A stretch of 64,000 nt of DNA, from contig CBDCTK010000002.1 of assembly GCA_965222225.1 (NCBI GenBank), positions 4,680,643 to 4,744,642 on the forward strand. Reading direction: 5' to 3'. Origin of the DNA: Candidatus Poribacteria bacterium (GTDB taxonomy: Bacteria; Poribacteria; WGA-4E; JAJDTR01). The position numbers and the translations under genes are program-made. How positions within the stretch are numbered: the stretch's first letter is position 1; each line of letters begins with the position of its first letter. Under the pieces are notes generated by a model. The model was not told the origin of the DNA. It did no database searches and worked only from the letters and a program-made list of their open reading frames with translations. Positions 50,537 through 59,916 of the stretch are shown here, in pieces.

Positions 50537-53500
50537 TTATGCTGCCCAACGCTCCGACAAAACTTCGGCTTGCTCCAAGACGGTTTCAGCGGCTTTAGCT
50601 TGTTTATCGGGTGGATAGCCGTATTTCCGCAGAATTCGCTTCACCAATCGGCGCAGGTTGGCGCGGACGCTCTCCTTCATCGTCCAGTCGATGGTCACGT
50701 TGTTTCGGACAGTTTTCACAAGTTCAGCCGCAATAGTGCACAAGGTCTCATCTCCCAACACTTGCACGGCGCTGTCGTTGGTCTCAAGTGCGTCGTAGAA
50801 CGCCAATTCATCGCTCGAAAGCCCCAACTCCTCGCCGCGCTCTACCGCCTCACGCAACTCCCTTGCTGTTTGGATAAGCTCCTCAATCACCTGCGCGGCT
50901 TCTATTGTCCGGTTTTGATAAGCGCGAATTGATTGTTCCAACATCTCCGCGAATGACCGCGATCTTACGACATTCTGCCGTGAATGCGTCTTGATTTCAT
51001 CGTTGAGCAACTTATCCAAGAGTTCGACTGCCAGGTTCCTTTGCGGTAAGTCCCGCACCTCCGCGAGGAATTCGTCGGAAAGAACTGAGATATCGGGCTT
51101 CTCCAATCCGGCGGCGGCAAAGATGTCAACCACCCCTTCGGGAACGACAGCTCTTGATACCAACTGCTTGATTGCCAGGTCCGCCGCCTCGGACTGCGTT
51201 TCTTCTCTAGCCGTCAGCTTTTCCAAGACACCGCGCACCGCTTGGAAAAAGGCGACATCGTCGCGGATTTCAATTGCCCTTTCGTGCGGCACTACTAGCG
51301 AAAAGGCTTTGGAGAGCGCAGTGACCTCATTCAGTAGGCGGGTTTTGCCATCTTCCAAGCCCAAGATATGCTCTTGAGCGGCGGGCAGTAGCCTGAGGCG
51401 TTCCTCGGTGTTTCCGTCATCCCACGACGACCAATCTAATCCGTGGAACAGCCCACAGCAGATTTCGTGTTTTTCCATCATTACGGCAATGGCTTCGGCT
51501 TTATCAATGGATGGCTCCCCTTTTCCTCCGCTGTCAGTGTAGTCCGCCAATGCTCGCTTGAGATGGTAGCCAATCCCGATATAGTCCACAATAAGACCAC
51601 CGGGCTTTTCGCCGAAGACGCGATTGACGCGCGCGATGGCTTGCATAAGGGTGTGACCTCGCATCGGCTTGTCAACATACATCGTGTGAAGGCTAGGCGC
51701 ATCAAATCCGGTCAGCCACATGTCGCGGACAATCACAAACTTCAACGCATCATCGGGATTCTTGAACCGAACCGCCAGCTCTTCGCGCCGCGCTTTGTTG
51801 CGGATATGCGGTTGCCACGACTCGTCCTCCGACGCTTCGCCCGTCATTACAACCTTAATAATCCCCTGCGTGTCCTCCTCATCATGCCAACCCGGACGCC
51901 TTTCCACAATGGCGTTGTAGAGATCGACGCAGATACGGCGGCTCATGCAGACCACCATCGCTTTGCCGTCCATCGCATCCAACCGCTCCTCGAAATGCGT
52001 GATGATGTCATCGGCAACCAGAGCCAGACGCTTCTCCGTTCCGACCAGTGCCTCAAGTTGAGCCCATTTGGATTTGAGTCGCTCCTTGTGCCTTTCCTCC
52101 TCCCCTTCGGTCACCTCCTCAAATTCCGGGTCAACATGGGGCTTCTCGTTCTCGTCCAGCTCAATTTTGGCGAGTCGGCTCTCGTAGTAGATTCGGACAG
52201 TGGCACCGTCATCAACCGCTTGTTGGATATCATAGATGCTGATGTAGTCTCCGAATACGTTTCGGGTGTTGCGGTCCGTTCCCTCAATCGGGGTGCCGGT
52301 AAAACCGATAAATGAGGCGTTCGGAAGCGCGTCGCGCATGTGACGGGCAAATCCGTCAATAAAATCATACTGGCTGCGGTGGGCTTCGTCCGCAATGACC
52401 ACAATGTTCCGTCGATCGGGCAGTTCAGGCAAGCGGAGTTCTTCATCTTCGGGAAAGAACTTCTGCACCGTGGTAAAAACTACACCGCCCGAAGCAACTC
52501 TCAAGAGTTCGCGCAAATGTCCCCTGTCTCGCGCTTGTTCCGGCGTTTGTCGCAAGAGTTGGCTGCACCGAGCGAACGTACCGAACAGTTGATCGTCCAA
52601 ATCGTTGCGGTCGGTAATGACGACCAGTGTCGGGTTTCGCATCTCCGGGCGCCGGATGATACCCCCGGCGTAGAATGCCATAGTCAGGCTTTTGCCCGAA
52701 CCTTGCGTGTGCCAGATAACGCCGCAGCGTTTGTCCCCGTCTGGGCGCGACGCCTTCACGGTAGCATCGACCGCCGCTCTAACGGCGTGGAATTGGTGAT
52801 AACCGGCAATCTTCTTGGCAATCGTATCGCCTCCCGTTTCCTCAAAGACAATGAAATGACTAAGATAGTTTAGGAACCGCTCCTTGTCAAAGAGGCCCTT
52901 GATTGTTACCTCAATTTCCGGATCTGTTGATGCGGCTTCCGTTTCTCCCTCAATTGTTCGCCACGGCATGAACCGCTCCCGATCCGCCGTCAAAGAGCCG
53001 ACGCGGGCCTCCACCCCGTCGGAAACAACAAGCGCCTCGTTATACGTGAACAGCCGCGGAATTTCCCGCTTGTAGGTCTGAAGTTGGCGAAAAGCGGACC
53101 ACACGGTGGCGTTCTCGTCGGTCGGATTTTTGAGTTCAATCACGCCTAACGGGAGTCCGTTTACAAACAACACGATATCCGGTCGGCGTTCACTATTTTC
53201 CACGACGGTGAACTGGTTAACCGCCAGCCAGTCGTTGTTTTCGGGACTATCGAAATCCAACAACTGCACACGGTCACCGTGCATTGTGCCGTCGGAATCC
53301 CGATATTCGACCTCTATGCCATCAACCAACATGAGGTGAAATGTCCGATTGTTTTGAAACAATGAGGGGGAGTTTGGAGAATGGACTTTTTGAACGGCTT
53401 CCTCTTGCGATACGGCGGGGATGTTCGGATTCAGGCGGCCAACCGCATCGCGCAAACGACGCTCTAGCACCACGTCCTCGTATCTTGAGCGTTCAGCATC

Positions 53501-53605
53501 GGAAGTGTCCGGGCCGATGTCGGGACCGTGCAAGACGGAATAACCCATACCAGCGAGCCAATTCAGTGCGGCTGTTTCGATGTCGGATTCGGTGATGCTA
53601 TTCAT
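50537..53605 (-). CDS. hsdR: Type I restriction enzyme R subunit (endonuclease/helicase)
   Basis: N-terminal PD-(D/E)xK nuclease region, SF2 helicase motifs (GSGKSLTM Walker A; DEAH in …[10 protein letters not shown]…), 1022 aa, and the typical HsdR C-terminal helical domain. Confidence 0.9.
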   Translation of the reverse strand: MNSITESDIETAALNWLAGMGYSVLHGPDIGPDTSDAERSRYEDVVLERRLRDAVGRLNPNIPAVSQEEAVQKVHSPNSPSLFQNNRTFHLMLVDGIEVEYRDSDGTMHGDRVQLLDFDSPENNDWLAVNQFTVVENSERRPDIVLFVNGLPLGVIELKNPTDENATVWSAFRQLQTYKREIPRLFTYNEALVVSDGVEARVGSLTADRERFMPWRTIEGETEAASTDPEIEVTIKGLFDKERFLNYLSHFIVFEETGGDTIAKKIAGYHQFHAVRAAVDATVKASRPDGDKRCGVIWHTQGSGKSLTMAFYAGGIIRRPEMRNPTLVVITDRNDLDDQLFGTFARCSQLLRQTPEQARDRGHLRELLRVASGGVVFTTVQKFFPEDEELRLPELPDRRNIVVIADEAHRSQYDFIDGFARHMRDALPNASFIGFTGTPIEGTDRNTRNVFGDYISIYDIQQAVDDGATVRIYYESRLAKIELDENEKPHVDPEFEEVTEGEEERHKERLKSKWAQLEALVGTEKRLALVADDIITHFEERLDAMDGKAMVVCMSRRICVDLYNAIVERRPGWHDEEDTQGIIKVVMTGEASEDESWQPHIRNKARREELAVRFKNPDDALKFVIVRDMWLTGFDAPSLHTMYVDKPMRGHTLMQAIARVNRVFGEKPGGLIVDYIGIGYHLKRALADYTDSGGKGEPSIDKAEAIAVMMEKHEICCGLFHGLDWSSWDDGNTEERLRLLPAAQEHILGLEDGKTRLLNEVTALSKAFSLVVPHERAIEIRDDVAFFQAVRGVLEKLTAREETQSEAADLAIKQLVSRAVVPEGVVDIFAAAGLEKPDISVLSDEFLAEVRDLPQRNLAVELLDKLLNDEIKTHSRQNVVRSRSFAEMLEQSIRAYQNRTIEAAQVIEELIQTARELREAVERGEELGLSSDELAFYDALETNDSAVQVLGDETLCTIAAELVKTVRNNVTIDWTMKESVRANLRRLVKRILRKYGYPPDKQAKAAETVLEQAEVLSERWAA

Positions 53606-53655
53606 TGATTCTTGACGTTCAGTATTATTGCTAACGGTTTATTTTTGTAAGAGGG

Positions 53656-54893
53656 TTAATGTGACGAGTTAACATGAAGGCTTTCACCCTGTATTGGACC
53701 ACCTGAATTGGTCAACGGATCCCCAACCTCAAAGAAACCCTCCATCCAGAGGTGTCCTAACTTCCCTCCTGTCTCCATGAATTGATGAATTCCGCGCATG
53801 TCCACCGTGCGTTTGCAAACCGTAAACCCCTCCTCATCTCGATACAGTACCCACACCTCGTCGGCGTGGAGCTCGTTGATAAAATAAGGAAATGGGTAGT
53901 AATCATGAGTTGAGACGAGGCTGACGCCCCACGGCACTCGTCTGTCAAACTAGGCAACAACCGTGGATGTAAGTGATTTTCAGGTTCTCCAATACCGATA
54001 AAGGGGGCAGGCTCTGGATCATGTAGCAGCGTGAGATACGAAAGCAACTTTAACGTGCCCTCCGAGGTAAACTTCGCCAAGATGGATTGCTCAAACGGTG
54101 CATCTTTTATCTGCAACAACAAGCGACCATCCGCCATCAGTTCTGCGTCTACCTTTTCTAGTCGTGGCACCTGATTTGACATAATTGAGAGAATCTTTCG
54201 CAAACGGCTTGGGTGCTGTTCTTTCAAATACTGGATAACGTTCGCCAGATTGTCTCCTGTTTCTGAAAGCTGCTCTCGCGGCCCCGTTGCTTCAACTCCG
54301 CGTGTGGCATCAATGGAAAGATGGGAGAGATGCCAGCCAGTAATGAAACGACGAAGGGGCCCAAGACGTGGGTAGCGCGACAATTGGCCAAGAGTGCTCG
54401 CAGCAAGTGTTGACGAATCATCAAACTGTTCATCGGTTTGCTCCGCTTCCTCATCTGGCATTTCACCCGCGATGACTCGTCCTGCGCCGTGACGAAAATC
54501 AAGAAAACGAAACGGCTTCCCCCGATTGCCGCGCCGCCAACTCATCCATTCGGATTCCACAAAGGGGCCCTGTACTCCTTCATCAATGGCTAGATGATAG
54601 GTGATAATTGGCATTCCCGGTTTCTCACGATATTTCAAATCAAATTCAATTGCTCCATCACTTCCCCGTGTTCGCAGATGCTTAAACCGCCCTCTTTTAT
54701 CCCAGGCACGGCGCAATCCGATTGTGAAACATTCGGAGAGAAACGCAAATACATCAAGTAGCGTGGACTTTCCACTGCCATTGGGACCCGAGAAGACTGA
54801 AAGCGGCGTTATTTTTCGTAATTGCACATCCCGCAGAGAGCGGTAATCTTTCACGCGTAATGACTCAATGCGGGGAACGGTTTGTTGCAGCAT
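53656..54893 (-). CDS. ABC-type AAA ATPase (AAA_15/AAA_21-like, OLD/abortive-infection-type); split by an apparent frameshift near 53890
   Basis: Start ATG 54893 (MLQQTVPRIESLRVKDYRSLRDV…). Walker A SGPNGSGKST, Walker B/D-loop …FIGIGEPENHLHP…, and the H-loop …SQLMITTH. The sequence then continues in another frame as (S)PYFINELHADEVWVLYRDEEG… (ORF 53656..53937), matching the usual TTHSPxLL…EVWVL continuation of this family. Confidence 0.6.
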
Positions 54894-54936
54894 CTGAATT
54901 GCCTCTATGGCTACCCTGACATGGCGACTATTTGTT

Positions 54937-56052
54937 TTACCCCTGTTGCGGCGTAGTATAGCGAGCAACAAATTTGCTACTGTCAATATCCGGCTGTCCT
55001 TGTCGGGCATAGAAGGAGGAGAAGCGCGCGACAATATCCTTTACAAAGAAAGGCGAAATCTGGATTGAGGGTTTTTCAAACTTTTCGTCGAATTCGTTTT
55101 TAGTCAGCGCGTTCATTTTTCTGAAATTAAGAAACCCACCGTCAAAAAAATCTGTTTTCGGCAACCAGTGGTAGTAAAATGTGTAATTGTTGTTGAATAC
55201 CGCCTTGAGTGTTTCTTTCGTCTTCTCCCTTTTCCTCTTCTCGTCGCGCATCCTCTTAACACTAACCAATGCCTTGTCTACAATATGATTTTCTTTTTCA
55301 ATCTCAACGAGGAGAATACGATCTGTCCTGAATTCACCGTTACTTTTGAAAACGAGATCGCACGCCGGACTCAACACCACGAAAGGCTGATCGCTCGTCT
55401 CGTCTTTCACAATACTCCCGGTTGTGATATTGCTCGACAACGGTGGATGGAGGTAGACCTCTTCTGGAAAACACCGTTCGTCACCTTCCTCAAGCAGTTG
55501 AAATAAGTGATTCAAGGTGTATCGGAGAAGAGCCTTTTCGGTTCGCTCTGAATCTTCTTTTCCATAAGAAATCCAGGTTTGTATCTGTGACCGAAGGTTT
55601 TTGAGAAAAACTTCATTTAGTCGCTGTTCGATTAGTCCTCTGCCACCCATGATGTGGGTTAATCCCGTATCAAAAATCTCCCAAAATCGGTCTAGAAGTT
55701 CGTCATACCGAGTTTTCCCTTTTTGGAAAACGCTAAGGAGCATGATTTTTTTATTCAAAGTGTAATCTGAATTGCCCGGGTTTGCCGTAAATATGGCAAT
55801 TGGAATGCGGAAAAACGACTCTTCGATCTTTTTGATAACCTGATTCCCCTCATCACCTTCATTCGCTAGTTTTAAATCGATAATCGCACCATCAAAAGAG
55901 TTGTCCAACAGTTCTAATGCTTTATCAAGAGTTTTGCATCCAACCGGTTCAATATCTCGATTCTTTTCATCAACGTATCTTTCCACAGAATCCTTGCACG
56001 CCTCAAGATCTTGTTCGTCGTCTTCCACGATTAGCAACCGTAACTTGCTCAT
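54937..56052 (-). CDS. Receiver (REC) domain protein with an uncharacterised ~250-aa C-terminal domain (candidate effector)
   Basis: N-terminal CheY-like receiver: acidic pocket LLIVEDDE, phospho-acceptor Asp in …DGAIIDLKL…, and a conserved T/K (…IAIFTANPG…). Residues ~120-371 carry no motif I recognise. The start ATG overlaps the upstream kinase stop (ATGA). Confidence 0.6.
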   Translation of the reverse strand: MSKLRLLIVEDDEQDLEACKDSVERYVDEKNRDIEPVGCKTLDKALELLDNSFDGAIIDLKLANEGDEGNQVIKKIEESFFRIPIAIFTANPGNSDYTLNKKIMLLSVFQKGKTRYDELLDRFWEIFDTGLTHIMGGRGLIEQRLNEVFLKNLRSQIQTWISYGKEDSERTEKALLRYTLNHLFQLLEEGDERCFPEEVYLHPPLSSNITTGSIVKDETSDQPFVVLSPACDLVFKSNGEFRTDRILLVEIEKENHIVDKALVSVKRMRDEKRKREKTKETLKAVFNNNYTFYYHWLPKTDFFDGGFLNFRKMNALTKNEFDEKFEKPSIQISPFFVKDIVARFSSFYARQGQPDIDSSKFVARYTTPQQG

Positions 56053-58226
56053 TTACCATTCTCCATCTTGGGCTGAAGTCTGAAATAGGCGCCTTCATCG
56101 GACTCAAAGGCTTTCAACTCAAGACCGTTTCGCTCTGCGGCTTCAGAGGCTATCGCCAGCCCAAGCCCCGTTCCGTCCGGTTTGGTGGAAAACTCAGGTT
56201 CAAAGATGACTTCATTTTCGATGAGGCTCGGTTCAATTCCCGGTCCGCTATCTCGATAGTCAATATGGGACAGAGAGTTACCATCGGTCACGAGTTCGAT
56301 TTTAATTTGCCGTTTGGTTCCTTTCTTTTGGCTCATCCAATAAAGACTGTTGTCGATAAGATTTGTGAAAACCACGTAGATGTCTTGAGACCAAGCGGAG
56401 AATTTAAAGCTGTCAGTACCTCTGATTTCGGTAGATACATCTTCGGATTTCATCTCGTTTTCAAAAACTGAGAGAGTATTCTCTATTGTCTTCTTCAACT
56501 CCAGTGGTTTTTTGGCGGCACGTTTTCCCGCGGCTAGTGGATTAAGTCTTCCGAAGAGTTTCACGAAAATCTCCATATTTTCCTCAACACCATCGGCAAT
56601 CGACAGCATTTTTTCAAGTTTTCCCAGATCCCCGGTTTCCTGAAATCTTTCTCTCCAGTATCTGAGATTCGGTATTTGGTTCCGAAAGTAGCTGAGCGGT
56701 TGGCTGCCTTCATGGACTATGACATTAAGGATTTTCCCTAGAGTGGCTTGCCCTTGGTAAACCCTAAGAGCTTGCCTGATTTCATTAGCATCCCTGCCCT
56801 TATCTTTTTCTACCTGGCCAACGATTTCAATAATTCGATCGATGGTTGGTTGATTGCACCCATCTTCGGTGAGTTGCCTCCGTATGTTCCGTTTCAACGC
56901 ATCAAAGGAGAAAAGCCGTCCCAGCTCCCGTTCCACCTTGATAGCAGGCCGACTCAATCCTGCTTTTCTTCTGTACTCATAACGCCGCCTTTCCAGTTGC
57001 CTGATGACCGCCAGTGTGACTTCCTTCAGCCGATTGAACGCCTCATTCTCTTTAAGCCCGTCCCGAGCGCTTTTTTCCTCCAAGCCGGACCACTCGACCG
57101 AATCAATGTGCACATATCCTATGACTTGATTGTTAGCAATACAGAGTGACGGATTCTGTACGCGTCTCGCGTTCAGTTTCAACCAGTCAAAATCGGCATC
57201 GCCAAGCGGTCGGATGCGGAAGCCGTTCCGATAAACGCCGATACCGTTGTATGCATTCAGAAGCTGTCTCGCCTGATTTTTCCCGACATAGTTGCCCGAT
57301 TCCTCCTTTAGTCCTCGTCCAATCAAAGATTCAATGGCATCGTTGTCGCGGTCATACACACAGATTTCAATTTGAAACTCGCCGCAGCCAGTAGAATTTT
57401 CAAAATCAAATGACACTTCCTCCCTTATATCAAAGTCGATCTGTACGTCGGGAACGTTACGGGCTTTCTGTGATGAGTACGTCAGAAAACCTTTACCATT
57501 TTTTCCGATGTTCCCCGAGATCCTGTAGTCATAGAGATCGAAAAGTAAATAGGGTTCGATCTCTTTCTCAAAGTCCTCCACGCCCGGAAAACCCCGAACT
57601 TTCAAGTTTATACGAAATTCATCATCCTTAAAGACGCTACTCACAGGTGATTTTAGTTTCTTCAACTCAAACTGGAGCTCCTCAAACCGTTTCTGATCCC
57701 ATTCGGCGAGAAGCTGATTATTTCCATTGATGGTCAGTCGTGTGCCTGGTGACTCCGATACCTTCGTTGTTTCAATGGGAATTCCCACGTCATCTAGATA
57801 TTCAGCAGACTCGAATTTGTTCCATTCAAAAGATGCCGTAGTTTTCTCTCCTTCTGGAGTCACAGTTTCGAAAAACAAATCTGTGCCGAGAATGGATGCC
57901 GCATACCGTCCCACACCCTTATTTCCTTGCATTACCCTTCCCCCACGACTGATGCGTTTGTCAAATTTGTCCCGCGTTGACGGCACCATCCATTTGTCGA
58001 TGACATCGTCCCTCGACATCCCGTGACCGTGATCTGAGATAATGATAGAATATCCACTGCGAGTAGGAGATTTCTTGAATTCCACCTGCACATCCGGAGA
58101 GTCTGCATCATACGCGTTTTTTACGAGTTCGACAACAGCCGCAGAATTGTCGTGAATTAGGTCTTTTCCGATAGTCAGAACGTGCCGCCCCGCGGGCCTA
58201 ATTTTATGAGTTGTATTGGCGTTCAT
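56049..58226 (-). CDS. Cytoplasmic histidine-kinase-like protein with an additional N-terminal Hsp90/MutL/MORC-type GHKL ATPase module
   Basis: N-terminus (start ATG 58226, GAGGAGG RBS): GHKL N-box/G-boxes …AVVELVKNAYDA…, …IIISDHGHGMS…, …GNKGVGRYAAS…. The middle has an H-box-like VHEGSQPLSYF. The C-terminus is a canonical HATPase_c: N-box NLIDNSLYW, G1 DSGPGI, G2 GTGLGLAI. No TM helices. Confidence 0.6.
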   Translation of the reverse strand: MNANTTHKIRPAGRHVLTIGKDLIHDNSAAVVELVKNAYDADSPDVQVEFKKSPTRSGYSIIISDHGHGMSRDDVIDKWMVPSTRDKFDKRISRGGRVMQGNKGVGRYAASILGTDLFFETVTPEGEKTTASFEWNKFESAEYLDDVGIPIETTKVSESPGTRLTINGNNQLLAEWDQKRFEELQFELKKLKSPVSSVFKDDEFRINLKVRGFPGVEDFEKEIEPYLLFDLYDYRISGNIGKNGKGFLTYSSQKARNVPDVQIDFDIREEVSFDFENSTGCGEFQIEICVYDRDNDAIESLIGRGLKEESGNYVGKNQARQLLNAYNGIGVYRNGFRIRPLGDADFDWLKLNARRVQNPSLCIANNQVIGYVHIDSVEWSGLEEKSARDGLKENEAFNRLKEVTLAVIRQLERRRYEYRRKAGLSRPAIKVERELGRLFSFDALKRNIRRQLTEDGCNQPTIDRIIEIVGQVEKDKGRDANEIRQALRVYQGQATLGKILNVIVHEGSQPLSYFRNQIPNLRYWRERFQETGDLGKLEKMLSIADGVEENMEIFVKLFGRLNPLAAGKRAAKKPLELKKTIENTLSVFENEMKSEDVSTEIRGTDSFKFSAWSQDIYVVFTNLIDNSLYWMSQKKGTKRQIKIELVTDGNSLSHIDYRDSGPGIEPSLIENEVIFEPEFSTKPDGTGLGLAIASEAAERNGLELKAFESDEGAYFRLQPKMENGK

Positions 58227-58389
58227 AACTGATTGCCTCCTCTTTTCCGCGGTGTTTAATCCCATGAGGTTTAGTCCGTAGCACAAACGATTGAAAAGTC
58301 AATTTGCTTGAATGCCGGCTGAATCATACCGTGAACGTATCTAGAGATTAAGAAATGATGCAGGGACTAGATACACCAAACAGCGGAGA

Positions 58390-59403
58390 TTATATCAAGT
58401 CAAAGAGATGCTGATGCGTAATTTCCGTATGGAACCAAGCTCCATAGGCACTGCGCAACCAGATTTCGGACGTACGAATCCAATCTCTCCAAGCATGCTC
58501 CATTTGTGCACGTTCCACATTCAAGACGCTCCAGAGCATCGGCAGCGACTGCGGCTTCTGAATTAGTAGAGAAATCGCACGTTGGTTTACTTCGGTGCCC
58601 TCAGACACAAATGTCAACGGAATCTCCAAGTAGGGATTGAAATTTGAGGGTAGACTTTCCTCATTGCCTGAAGCAATGTTTGCCGCTAGTTCATGAATAT
58701 GCAGTGCCAGATAATACGCAACTAGTGAAGCACGGTATTCAAATTCATCGCCGAATATGTGTGATAACCACTCCCATCCTGGCCTTTCATACGCTCCGGC
58801 CAAATATTTCCAACCTTTTACGCAATTTCCACCAGAATTACCACTAATCGACTCGGCGTACCCCCTTAATTCACTTCTTTGCCATAGATAAAGGTGCTTT
58901 GATGCATCTGCAACAGGAATCTTCGTTCGTGCAAGATCTAGGGCAAGGTCGAGTTGACCTGTTAACAGGCTAAGCCCTCCGTGGAGACTGTGGTAGACAT
59001 ACCCTAGTACATCAGGAATGTTAGACCATGTTGTGTTACTAGTACGGTTCCATCCCGGGATGTTCATCAAATCATAAATCAAAGACTTTTGATCCTTAAG
59101 TTCCTCTTTGCAGGATTCAACTCCCATTAAGGCAACAGAAATTAAGGGGGAGATGACATTGACGCCACCGTCTACAATCTGAAACAACTTCTCGAAATCC
59201 GGTTCTTGTCCATCCAACTCCCTTTCTCGCCATTTTACCAAGGCTTTGAGCACACTTGGTTTAATTCGTTTCATGAGTTGACGCCACCCAAGCACATCTC
59301 CCGCACGAGCAAGTTCAAATGCTACTGAATAAGCGTCGGATGCCGATTCAACGCACTCCGGGATTTCAGGTAATTGGGCGAAGATTTTAGGATATTCATC
59401 CAT
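58390..59403 (-). CDS. Hypothetical protein (337 aa) in the hsdS-hsdR insert
   Basis: Predicted all-helical protein with no recognised family. It has a C-terminal R-x4-H (…ERAQMEHAW…) reminiscent of HEPN-type signatures, but this is weak. Confidence 0.35.
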   Translation of the reverse strand: MDEYPKIFAQLPEIPECVESASDAYSVAFELARAGDVLGWRQLMKRIKPSVLKALVKWRERELDGQEPDFEKLFQIVDGGVNVISPLISVALMGVESCKEELKDQKSLIYDLMNIPGWNRTSNTTWSNIPDVLGYVYHSLHGGLSLLTGQLDLALDLARTKIPVADASKHLYLWQRSELRGYAESISGNSGGNCVKGWKYLAGAYERPGWEWLSHIFGDEFEYRASLVAYYLALHIHELAANIASGNEESLPSNFNPYLEIPLTFVSEGTEVNQRAISLLIQKPQSLPMLWSVLNVERAQMEHAWRDWIRTSEIWLRSAYGAWFHTEITHQHLFDLI

Positions 59404-59470
59404 TTTTTGTCTCCAATGTCATACGGATATAAACCGCCTAAGTTTAAACGTCATGCAAAAGCCGAAAAAG

Positions 59471-59731
59471 TCAATCAACGTGAATCTCCCCTGACAAAAG
59501 TTTCGGCAGCAGTGCCTCTCGAATTTGGGAAAGAGTGTGTGATTGATGAATGTTTTCGATAATTCTCCCAATGAGTGGTCGTATTAAATCGCTGTATTTT
59601 TGAGCGATTTCAAGTTGGGGCAGCACGAATTCATACTTTGACATGTCTCTCCAATTGGTTCGTGGCATTCTTGTACCCGTGGAATGAGCGTCAGTATAAG
59701 CAACGAATTCGTCACAGGACACAATCCCCAA
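59471..59731 (-). pseudogene. hsdS: Detached 3' fragment of hsdS (end of the second target-recognition domain plus the conserved C-terminal helix)
   Basis: …SQIREALLPKLLSGEIHVD is the conserved HsdS C-terminal coiled-coil motif. It is in a different frame from the main hsdS ORF and separated from it by ~185 nt. Confidence 0.5.
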
Positions 59732-59916
59732 AACAACATCGAACCATTCTGATTTAATCGGCTGGACAACTAGAATGTCGGTTGAGCAAACCCCATCGGT
59801 CGGCGCAACGCCGACCTTGTGAAAATAAGGTCGAAGTTTCCCAAAGAGGATTTCACCCTTTCTGAATCGAGATTTATTGCTGCCGATTCCGTCGGCAGTT
59901 TGCCATTCAGAGAGAG

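Noticed and set aside
53757-55034. 425-aa ORF as the intact ATPase gene with start at 55034
   Set aside because: It would overlap the receiver gene by 98 nt, and the first 47 codons are not ATPase-like. ATG 54893 begins the typical M-x-x-x-x-x-I-E-S-L-R-V-K-D-Y-R-S-L N-terminus of AAA_15/21 proteins. The 3' end is better explained by joining to ORF 53656..53937 after a 1-nt frameshift.
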